A DNA stretch of 64,000 nucleotides from Verrucomicrobiota bacterium (GTDB lineage: Bacteria > Verrucomicrobiota > Verrucomicrobiia > Limisphaerales > UBA9464): positions 20,572-84,571 of the forward strand of contig JAFLEF010000018.1 of assembly GCA_017309115.1 (NCBI GenBank), given 5' to 3'. A model generated the notes under the pieces. That model saw only the letters and a program-made list of their open reading frames with translations. It was not told where the DNA came from and made no database searches. Shown here piece by piece: positions 1 to 10,148 of this stretch. Each line of letters starts with the position of its first letter. Within the stretch, counting starts at the first letter, position 1. A program made the position numbers and the translations under genes.

Positions 1-623
1 AGCACCACCACGCTGCCGTCGGGTTGCTGCGCCAACAGCTGGCGATACAGGTTCACGGCGTCCGGGTAATCCCGACCACTGGAATATTTGTGAGGGAATC
101 GCTTGGCGATTTCGCTGGTGAAATGGGGGCCGGACAGGAATCCGGGGTCTTTCAAGGTCCCCACGGGAATCTCCGGACGCCCAAACCAAGTATTGATGGC
201 ATCCAGAGCCGGAGCGATGGCGTCGGCGGAAACGCAGCCCATGGTGGCGAGCAGCTTGGCTTCTCCGCGTTCGACTGCTCCGTGCAGGACGAACAGCGCC
301 CCCACGTCATCGCAATCTCCGCCCATGTCGGTGTCGAAGATGAGATTCACGGGTGACGCGGCGGCCCGCACCGGCGTGGCGGCGATGCCAGCGAGCAGAA
401 GTCCCGTTGGTGACCGGTTGAAGTTCGTCGAACCGGTCTTGATCGAAGCAAGCGGCAGATCCTCGAACTCCAGTGACTTCTCCGCCGGGTCGGGCCGGTA
501 GGTCGGGCCAGAAACCACAGGCCCGGCCGCCAGCACCTTCCCGCTCTGGAGCAGGATAACGGCAGTCAGCACTGCGGCGCATCGGTCAACAAACCAGCCG
601 AGACAGTGAGGCAGAATGGGCAT
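1..623 (-). CDS. Inosine-uridine-preferring nucleoside hydrolase family protein, N-terminal part (3' end runs off the window)
   Basis: Absent from the supplied ORF track because it has no stop in the window. My own minus-strand translation from the ATG (CAT at 621-623) reads MPILPHCLGWF...TGLLLAGIAATPVRAAASPVNLIFDTDMGGDCDDVGALFVLHGAVERGEAKLLATMGCVSADAIAPALDAINTWFGRPEIPVG... The DTDxGxDxDD aspartate cluster is the nucleoside hydrolase signature. The start is uncertain, since a signal-like segment lies about 80 aa in. Confidence 0.6.
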   Translation of the reverse strand, partial: MPILPHCLGWFVDRCAAVLTAVILLQSGKVLAAGPVVSGPTYRPDPAEKSLEFEDLPLASIKTGSTNFNRSPTGLLLAGIAATPVRAAASPVNLIFDTDMGGDCDDVGALFVLHGAVERGEAKLLATMGCVSADAIAPALDAINTWFGRPEIPVGTLKDPGFLSGPHFTSEIAKRFPHKYSSGRDYPDAVNLYRQLLAQQPDGSVVV

Positions 624-666
624 CGAATCGTTCAGTTCCAAGTGGAAGCGGACGAATGCTTGGGGT

Positions 667-966
667 TCATCTCGGTGGTTGAGAGGAATCCTCGCCGAGC
701 AGCCAGTGTCGAGTTTTTGTCCAGCCAAGAAAACGTCGAGCAGCCTCAGTCTGCGGCGAAACATCTTCTATTGAACGACCCGCGTGAACCAGCGCCAGAC
801 CGCGCAGCGCGGGCGCGAAGCGGGCGCGGTAGTCGTCGGCTTGCTGATTCAGGTGTTCATCGGCCCATTTGAGAAATGCGCCAACCTCGTCGTTCGACAA
901 GTGTGACAGGTAAAAGATCATCTGAGCAGTTAATCGGTTTGAGGACATCATCGCCGGGCCGTTCAT
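667..966 (-). CDS. Small hypothetical protein (99 aa)
   Basis: ORF co-directional with and 43 nt upstream of the nucleoside hydrolase gene. The N-terminal two thirds have a non-degenerate composition (LTAQMIFYLSHLSNDEVGAFLKWADEHLNQQADDYRARF). No motif recognised. Confidence 0.35.
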   Translation of the reverse strand: MNGPAMMSSNRLTAQMIFYLSHLSNDEVGAFLKWADEHLNQQADDYRARFAPALRGLALVHAGRSIEDVSPQTEAARRFLGWTKTRHWLLGEDSSQPPR

Positions 967-1094
967 TCCAGTCGATCCATCGGAGCAGCGAATTCGGATT
1001 TCAGTTTGGTTTCATTTGGTGTTGATGAGCCGCAAATCCTTTATTCCACGCTTTTCCCGTAACCTCGTCCCGGCCACGGTTCAGGAAAGCGCGT

Positions 1095-3557
<2,463 letters not shown>

Positions 3558-3563
3558 CCCAAC

Positions 3564-4319
3564 ATGAATTCATCCGCCGCTGCCCCGTTTGCGACCACCC
3601 GTTGGACGCAGGTGCTGGCCGCTCAGGGAGGGTCCGAGCACGCACGCGTTGCGCTGTCCGAACTCTGTTCTGCCTATTACGGACCTGTGGTTGCGTTTCT
3701 GGAACACACTGGCTGCGCCCCGGAAGAACCGCGCGAAGTTGCTCATGAGTTTTTCGCCGGACTTCTTGCGCGAGATGGACTCGCTGGTGCGGATCGGCAA
3801 TCCGGCCGCTTTCGCTCCTATTTGTTGGGCGCGCTGAAGCATTTCGTCGCCAACCGGCGGCGGCGCGCCAGTCGCCGGAAGCATGGCGGCCAGGCGGAGC
3901 ACTTACCGATGGAACTTGGCACCGACACCGGGTTCGAGGTGCCCACACCCACTGAAGCGCCCAACCTCGACGCACTGTTTGATCACGAATGGGCGGTCAC
4001 CGTGGTGGAAGGCGCCCTGGCCGCCTTGGCCCATGAGTCCATCGCTGCCGGGCAGGACCGGCAGTTCCTGGTGCTGAAGCCGTGGCTGTCGTTCGCGGCG
4101 GAACCTGGTTCGCAGGCGAGCGCGGCGGCTGAACTCGGGGTCAACGAAGGCGCGGTGAAGGTGGCCATTCATCGGTTACGGCGTCGCTTCCGCGAACTGG
4201 TCCGCGCCGAGATCGCGCAGACCCTGCCGGCCGAAGGCGATGTCCGCGCGGAACTGCGGCATCTGGTCGAGGCTCTGGCGGAATCGCCGGTGGTTCCAGA
4301 GTGGGACCCCAACCGATAG
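3564..4319 (+). CDS. ECF-type sigma-70 family factor, kinase-associated (ECF43-like)
   Basis: Starts 6 nt after the kinase stop. N-terminal TTRWTQVLAA motif. C-terminal region-4-like HTH AAELGVNEGAVKVAIHRLRRRFRELV. Paralogous to the 4465-5184 product. Confidence 0.8.
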   Translation: MNSSAAAPFATTRWTQVLAAQGGSEHARVALSELCSAYYGPVVAFLEHTGCAPEEPREVAHEFFAGLLARDGLAGADRQSGRFRSYLLGALKHFVANRRRRASRRKHGGQAEHLPMELGTDTGFEVPTPTEAPNLDALFDHEWAVTVVEGALAALAHESIAAGQDRQFLVLKPWLSFAAEPGSQASAAAELGVNEGAVKVAIHRLRRRFRELVRAEIAQTLPAEGDVRAELRHLVEALAESPVVPEWDPNR

Positions 4320-4464
4320 TAGCGACGTTTCAGGCTTTCCGAGTTGGTCCAACGTGCCCGTCCGTTTCGTCGGCGCTGCCGGGTCGGAAGTCACCTCACT
4401 TCACGACAAACTTCGGGTTATCCCGCTGTGATTTCCGCGCTCTGCTCTGTAATTTGGTGAAGTC

Positions 4465-5184
4465 ATGCCGGTTTTTGTCACCACGCATTGGTCCGTTGTC
4501 CTGGCGGCGTCCGACCGGGAGTCGCCCGATTCCACGGCGGCCTTGGAAGCTTTGTGCCGGACGTATTGGTTTCCCATCTACGGATTGGTGCGCCGGTGGG
4601 GGCATGGTCCGGAAGATGCCGAGGATCTCACCCAGGAGTTCTTTGCCCGGCTGTTGGGCCAGGACCAATTGCGGGCGGCGGACCGGGAGCAGGGACGGTT
4701 TCGAACGTTCCTACGGGTGGTTTTGCAACGGTTCCTGGCGAACCAACGGGAACGGTCCCGGGCCGAAAAACGGGGCGGCGGATTTCGGCGGGTTCCACTC
4801 GACACCTCGGTGGCCGAAGCACGATGGGAAGGGGCGGCGGAGTTGGGAAAGGGATTGGGCGCCGAAGCGGTCTTCGAACGGCAGTGGGCCTTCTCGCTGT
4901 TGGAGGAAGCCCTGAATCGGCTCCGGACGGATCACCTGGCCAGCGGCCGGGAAGCGGAGTTCCAACGGCTGAAGCCCTATTTGGCTTCGGAACGGGGGGA
5001 AATCCCCTATGCGGCGATCGCGTCGGACCTCGGCATCCGCGAAGGCGCCGCTCGCGTCGCGGTGCATCGGCTGCGAAAACGGTTTCGGGAGCTGTTCCGT
5101 GCCGCGGTAGCCGACACCGTGGCCGATCCTTCGGAGGTGGATGCCGAAGTTCGACACGTGGCGAGCCTGCTGGCAGGAGGTTGA
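4465..5184 (+). CDS. ECF-type sigma-70 family factor, kinase-associated (ECF43-like)
   Basis: TTHWSVVLAA motif, DAEDLTQEFFARLL (region 2-like) and SDLGIREGAARVAVHRLRKRFRELF (region 4 HTH). Followed after 51 nt by a second kinase gene. Confidence 0.8.
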   Translation: MPVFVTTHWSVVLAASDRESPDSTAALEALCRTYWFPIYGLVRRWGHGPEDAEDLTQEFFARLLGQDQLRAADREQGRFRTFLRVVLQRFLANQRERSRAEKRGGGFRRVPLDTSVAEARWEGAAELGKGLGAEAVFERQWAFSLLEEALNRLRTDHLASGREAEFQRLKPYLASERGEIPYAAIASDLGIREGAARVAVHRLRKRFRELFRAAVADTVADPSEVDAEVRHVASLLAGG

Positions 5185-5235
5185 GAGAATGAAGTTCTGG
5201 GTAACAAACGGCAGCCAGTCCGGAATAGGTAGTGG

Positions 5236-7848
5236 ATGAACGAACCTTCTCCTCGAATCTGCTCACGGTGTCAGAAACCGGTGCCCGCTCTGGCGCCGGA
5301 GGGACTTTGTCCGCGGTGTCTCGGAGCGTTAAACCTGTCCGCCCCCACCGAAGCCACCAGCGGAAGCCCGGAGGAAGGGGCTGTCCCACCCGTGCCATCC
5401 CCAGAAGAACTGGCTCCTCATTTTCCCCAATTGGCCATCATTCGCTGCTTGGGACGTGGTGGCATGGGGGTGGTTTACGAAGCTCGGCAAAAATCACTGG
5501 ACCGGCGGGTGGCCCTCAAGCTTCTGGCGCCTGCACGAGATCAGAATGCCGCGTTTACCGAACGGTTTCTCCGCGAAGCTCGAGCTCTCGCCCGGCTGAA
5601 CCATCCCAACATTGTTACGGTGCACGACTATGGGGAATCGGGGGGACTTCACTACCTGCTTATGGAGTTTGTGGATGGGGTGAATCTGCGTCAGTTGCTG
5701 GCCGCGGGGCATCTCGCACCGGAACAGGCCCTAGCTATTGTGCCTCCCATTTGCGAAGCCCTCGAGTATGCCCACGGCCAGGGCATCATCCACCGGGACA
5801 TCAAGCCGGAGAACCTGCTGGTAGACAAACAGGGTCGGGTCAAGATCGCTGATTTCGGTATTGCCCGATTGCTGGATCGTGGCGAATCCGATTCGCCGCT
5901 CACCGAGGCCGCCTTGGGAACCCCGGACTATATGGCCCCGGAACAACGCCAGCATCCCAATGCTGTGGATGCGCGAGCAGACATCTTTTCCCTGGGGGTG
6001 GTCTTTTACGAGATGCTCACGGGCGATCGGCCTTCCGGGAATTTTCTGCCGCCGTCTCGCCGGGTTCAGGTGGATGTGCGCCTTGATGAAATTGTCCTTC
6101 GGGCTTTGGAACAGGAGCCGCAGCGTCGTTTCCAGTCAGCTGCGGATTTGAAGACCCAGGTGGAGGCGGTGCGGACATCGCCGAATCCGGAGGAAAAGGC
6201 TCTCGCCCCTGGACGTATGGTGGACCAAATCCAGCGGGTGGGCCTACGCCGCTGGGCCCGGTTAGGATTCGCCCTGATGCTGGCGGGCACCCTGGGGACG
6301 TTGGTGCTGATGATCCTGTCCCCTCGCCATGAATTGGCCCTGACTTTCGCCGGCCTCGCTTTGCTCCTGGCCCTCATTCTGGGAATCAAAAGCTGGTCCG
6401 ACCGCCTGGGTCGGACGGTCGCGGTGGTGACCCTAGTTCTCTTTGCTTCGGCCGGCCTGACCGTTCTGGTGCTGACCGAGGCGGTTCCGATCGGCCGATG
6501 GATGCGTCGGCGAGCATCGGCGACAGTGGAACCACAGCTCCGGGCCGATCAACGACCCATGTCCGGGTTAGCCGAAGTTGACTCCAAGAAACGTGCCTTC
6601 GGCGGGAAATTAAGGGTCCGGGTTCTGGCTGATGGTTCCGGTGAGTATCCGACGGTGCAGGCGGCCCTGGATGCGGTTCCGGATTACGCGGTCGTAGAAC
6701 TTGGGCCGGGACGGTTTAGTGAACAAGTGATCCTCCGCCGGCCAGTTCGTTTGCTAGGCCAGGGATGGGACAAGACCATTCTTGGACCGACAAACCTCTG
6801 GGTGAGCCCGGGAGGCACCAACGCGAGTTCGGGAATGGAAGCTGCGGTGTCGGTACGAGGTGGCGGGGCGCTGTTGTCGGGGATGCGAATCACTCGCCCG
6901 GGAACCATTGACCCCGAAAAGCTCTCGTCGCAGGGAATTGTCGAGGTGGAGAACGCCGAGCTCCAAATGGTCGAGTGTGCCGTGGTGGGGGGCGCCGGCA
7001 ACGGTGTGGTGTTCTCCCCCGGCTCCCGAGGGCAACTTCAGCGATGTCTGGTCGCGGCAGTTTGGAACACGGGCATCGTCGCCGCTGAAGGTTCACGGGT
7101 TACGATCCAGGAATGCGACATCCGGAACTGTTACTACGCTGGAGTGGTGCTGCGTCGGGGTGTCTGGGTGGCAGCCCTGTGGACCAACCGGATCTCGGGT
7201 GCGGCCTGGCACGGTATCCGATATGATGACAGTTCTCCTACGATCCTGGGGAATCTCATCTTCGCCAATGCCCGCAGCGGCATTTACGCTTCCGGGACCA
7301 CTCGGGCCCTGGTGAATGGAAACGTGTTCTTTGGAAATGAAATGGATGGCGTGTCGTGCTGGTTCAACAGCTCAGATCTAATCACCGGCAACACGTTTGT
7401 GAGTAACAAACGGGAGGCCCTGTCCATGTTGGGACGTTCCTCGCCCACGGTCTCCAGCAATATTTTCGCAATACATCCCGTCGCCCTGCGACAGGGAGTA
7501 GTGGGGGGAACGCGCGACGGGGCCGGCTCCTTGGGGAATCCTGCGGTGGAGCACAACTTGTTCTGGAAGAATGGCACCAATTGGATTCGCTGGGGGCCGG
7601 CGGACGGAGCAGAGCCGCGGCAGATGGCCCTGGATGATTCCAACGCCGAGAACGACCCAGGATTTGTGAACCCGGGGGCTCGCGAATTCTCCCGCCGTTC
7701 CGATTCCGCGGCTACGTATCCCGGAATCGGCGTGGCCCGCCCCATCTCGTCTGCCAGCCCCTGGCCGCTCCAGCCGGAGGAACTCGCCATCATTCCCGCG
7801 AGCGACACTCGGGATTGGCGGCAGTGGAAGCGTCCAGGTGGACCATAA
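5236..7848 (+). CDS. Ser/Thr protein kinase with Cys4 N-terminus, TM segments and C-terminal right-handed beta-helix (PbH1/NosD-like) domain
   Basis: Cys4 motif CSRCQKPV...LCPRCLG. Kinase motifs GRGGMGVVY, VALK, HRDIKPENLL, DFG, YMAPE. Two to three TM helices at about aa 340-410. C-terminal repeated G-x-x-x-hydrophobic/N turns (NTGIVAAEGSRVTIQECDIRNCYYAGVVL, GNLIFANARSGIYASG, NGNVFFGNEMDGVS, TGNTFVSNKREAL) are typical of parallel beta-helix repeats. Confidence 0.85.
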   Translation: MNEPSPRICSRCQKPVPALAPEGLCPRCLGALNLSAPTEATSGSPEEGAVPPVPSPEELAPHFPQLAIIRCLGRGGMGVVYEARQKSLDRRVALKLLAPARDQNAAFTERFLREARALARLNHPNIVTVHDYGESGGLHYLLMEFVDGVNLRQLLAAGHLAPEQALAIVPPICEALEYAHGQGIIHRDIKPENLLVDKQGRVKIADFGIARLLDRGESDSPLTEAALGTPDYMAPEQRQHPNAVDARADIFSLGVVFYEMLTGDRPSGNFLPPSRRVQVDVRLDEIVLRALEQEPQRRFQSAADLKTQVEAVRTSPNPEEKALAPGRMVDQIQRVGLRRWARLGFALMLAGTLGTLVLMILSPRHELALTFAGLALLLALILGIKSWSDRLGRTVAVVTLVLFASAGLTVLVLTEAVPIGRWMRRRASATVEPQLRADQRPMSGLAEVDSKKRAFGGKLRVRVLADGSGEYPTVQAALDAVPDYAVVELGPGRFSEQVILRRPVRLLGQGWDKTILGPTNLWVSPGGTNASSGMEAAVSVRGGGALLSGMRITRPGTIDPEKLSSQGIVEVENAELQMVECAVVGGAGNGVVFSPGSRGQLQRCLVAAVWNTGIVAAEGSRVTIQECDIRNCYYAGVVLRRGVWVAALWTNRISGAAWHGIRYDDSSPTILGNLIFANARSGIYASGTTRALVNGNVFFGNEMDGVSCWFNSSDLITGNTFVSNKREALSMLGRSSPTVSSNIFAIHPVALRQGVVGGTRDGAGSLGNPAVEHNLFWKNGTNWIRWGPADGAEPRQMALDDSNAENDPGFVNPGAREFSRRSDSAATYPGIGVARPISSASPWPLQPEELAIIPASDTRDWRQWKRPGGP

Positions 7849-8102
7849 CCCGCGGTGGAACAGACTCTCCCGAAGCTTCAGCGGGTGAATGCCCGTTGAT
7901 TTCGACAGATTCCGTGTCCACGGGCCGAGATTGGGCAGATGATACCCGCCGAGGGCGATGTTCGGGTGCGGAGCCGCGGGATTTGCGCTTCACGGCCTGG
8001 ATGATTCCGTTGAGGCGACTGCCCTTTTCGTCGTGGGAACGTGGCCCCTGGCGGTGGCGGGTTCACCCGGCACAACCCGGCACAACCATTTCCCAAGCCA
8101 GA

Positions 8103-8501
8103 TCACCAGAGGGTCCGGATGCCGGGGTATTTGGCGATGTTTTCGTCAGCCGTGATGATCGCGAGGGAATGAAGGCGGGCGGTGGCGACGAGAATGCGGT
8201 CAAATGGATCCGAGTGGATCCACGGAAGGGTTCCAGCGGTGGCAGCGGGCCCGAGTTCCGATGGCAAAAGAGTCAGATAATGCAGACGGACGGCGTCTTG
8301 GATCCACGTTTCCACGGGACTCGGAAGCTGGATGCGGCCCTTCCCGGCCTTGATGGAAAGTTCAGCGGCTGTCAGGACGCTCAGGTAAACGGTTGCGGTG
8401 GGGGAGGCGATGGCCTCGCGGGCCCGGGGCGACAGGTCCTCACTTCCATTCACCAGGCAGAGAAACGCGCAGGTGTCGAGCAGGTAGTTCATCGCATCCA
8501 A
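8103..8501 (-). CDS. vapC: Type II toxin-antitoxin system toxin, PIN domain (VapC family)
   Basis: 132 aa. N-terminal YLLDTCAF acidic motif and C-terminal DPFDRILVATA, typical of PIN-domain toxins. Immediately downstream of a small antitoxin gene. Confidence 0.8.
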   Translation of the reverse strand: MDAMNYLLDTCAFLCLVNGSEDLSPRAREAIASPTATVYLSVLTAAELSIKAGKGRIQLPSPVETWIQDAVRLHYLTLLPSELGPAATAGTLPWIHSDPFDRILVATARLHSLAIITADENIAKYPGIRTLW

Positions 8502-8740
8502 TCGGCCAGCTCGTCGGGCTGCAAAGGTTCCGTGGGATGGTAGTCGGTGGCCAAAGTCACCTTCAATTGAGGGTGGGGCTTCAGACGGTCGAACTTCTTC
8601 GGTAGAGTGGGTTGGTATCGCCGCAGTTCGGCGACCGGTGTTCCGTGGCGCTGGAGGATGACGGTTTCGTTATCGTCTTCGACCGCCTTGACGAGTTCGG
8701 ACAGCCGACTCTTGGCCTCGTGCATGTTGACAGTGATCAC
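8489..8740 (-). CDS. Type II antitoxin, Phd/YefM-like
   Basis: 83 aa. ITVNMHEAKSRLSELVKAVEDDNETVILQRHGTPVAEL is the classic Phd/YefM N-terminus. Overlaps the vapC start by 13 nt. Confidence 0.75.
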   Translation of the reverse strand: MITVNMHEAKSRLSELVKAVEDDNETVILQRHGTPVAELRRYQPTLPKKFDRLKPHPQLKVTLATDYHPTEPLQPDELADWMR

Positions 8741-8786
8741 GGTTAGCTAAGTTAGCTGGCGGCAGGCTTCCTCACGCGGACGGGAA

Positions 8787-10142
8787 TCAGATACCCGTGA
8801 GCGGTGCGTCAGCGTCACCGAAGTGGCTTAGTGTCACTCCCATCTTCTCCATCAGGGCCAGATACAGGCTGCAGACCTTCCGGTTTTCGTCGCCCTTGTC
8901 GCCGTAGTTGAGCACGCGTCCGGTCTTCAAAGCGCCGCCGAGGCCGCCGACGGTCAGAAGCGGCAGTCGCGTGCTGTCGTGGCGGTTGCCGGACCACATG
9001 TTCGACAGGAGCATCAGACAGGAGTTATCCAAAACGTTGCCTTCTCCCTCGGGCATCGCTTCCAGTTGCCCCGCAAGGTACGCCAGTTGGCTGCAATAGT
9101 AGCGGGTGATGCGCTCATAGTCGTCCGACAGGTCGTCGTGGGACGCGGAATGGTGCGACTTGCGGACGTCGAGGAAGGGATAGAACAGGCCCGATAGGTC
9201 GCGGCAGAGCAACAGCGAAACCACCCGCGTCTTGTCGGTCTGGAAGGCCAGCGCGGTAATGTCGCACATCAGCCGCATATGCTCCCGGATGTCCTCCGGC
9301 AGGCCGTTGTCGGGCCGTTTCATCATCACCACCGGGACCTCCCTGCCGCGGGCATTCGCCACCGCTTTGGCCCGGTCGTCCCGCATCCGGTCGATGCGCT
9401 TCTCCACCTCGCGGACGCTGGTCAGATACTCGTCCAGCTTGGCCTTGTCGCGGGCGCCGACCCGGCGGGCGAGGCCCGAGGCGTCGTCCTTCACACGGTC
9501 CAGGATGCTCTGCGCGCGCCGGCTGCCGCGATTCTCGAACAGACTGTCGAACGCCAGCGAGGGATATACTTCCATCGGCACCGGTGAATCCGGACTCTGC
9601 CACGAGATGTGCGAGCTGTAGGCCATCGAGAAGTTGGTCTCGTGATAGCCGGTGATGGGCTGCTCGCAGCCGAGCACCATGCTGGGCTGGACCGAGTCTT
9701 GCCCGATGCTGTTCGCCAGCACTTGGTCCATGCTGATGCCGCCATGCAACACCGCGCCTTTTTGGAGCGGCATGCCGGAAAGCAGGTTGCCGGTCTGGCC
9801 GGGATGGATCCCCACGCCGACGGCGGACCGGTTGAAGAGGCCGTCAATGACGTTCATCTTCGCCTTCAGCGGATCCATCGGTTGAAGGCTCCGGCTCAAT
9901 TCCATGTCCGCACCTGTGCCCTTCGCCCACCAATGTTTGCCGTTCACGCCATTGCCCCAGAAGATCGCGGCGAAACGCTTCGGCATGGGGGCCGGCACTC
10001 CGTCCTTCAGGGGCTCCGTTCCCCACGCCGGGATCGATTCCATCCACGGCAACGCCATGGTGACTCCGACCCCGCGAAGGAAGGTCCGTCGCGTCAGACG
10101 GACGCGGCGGAGGTCCGGAGAAGTGACCTGGGAATCGCGCAT
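8787..10142 (-). CDS. DUF1552 domain-containing protein (Tat-signal, PVC-type)
   Basis: N-terminus RRTFLRGVGVTMALPWMESIP is the characteristic DUF1552 Tat-like leader. Paired, with a 6-nt gap, to a DUF1592-type gene upstream, as usual for this family. Confidence 0.75.
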   Translation of the reverse strand: MRDSQVTSPDLRRVRLTRRTFLRGVGVTMALPWMESIPAWGTEPLKDGVPAPMPKRFAAIFWGNGVNGKHWWAKGTGADMELSRSLQPMDPLKAKMNVIDGLFNRSAVGVGIHPGQTGNLLSGMPLQKGAVLHGGISMDQVLANSIGQDSVQPSMVLGCEQPITGYHETNFSMAYSSHISWQSPDSPVPMEVYPSLAFDSLFENRGSRRAQSILDRVKDDASGLARRVGARDKAKLDEYLTSVREVEKRIDRMRDDRAKAVANARGREVPVVMMKRPDNGLPEDIREHMRLMCDITALAFQTDKTRVVSLLLCRDLSGLFYPFLDVRKSHHSASHDDLSDDYERITRYYCSQLAYLAGQLEAMPEGEGNVLDNSCLMLLSNMWSGNRHDSTRLPLLTVGGLGGALKTGRVLNYGDKGDENRKVCSLYLALMEKMGVTLSHFGDADAPLTGI

Positions 10143-10148
10143 GATGTC

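Noticed and set aside
4301-5398. Several 150-256-aa ORFs overlapping the second ECF sigma gene in other frames and strands
   Set aside because: Only the 4465-5184 frame gives sigma-70 region 2/4 motifs. The alternatives are Gly/Arg/Pro-rich high-GC frame artefacts.
7815-8543. 242-aa plus-strand ORF between the kinase and the TA module
   Set aside because: It overlaps the well-supported vapC gene in antisense. Its upstream part lies in what looks like intergenic DNA, and the composition is noise-like.
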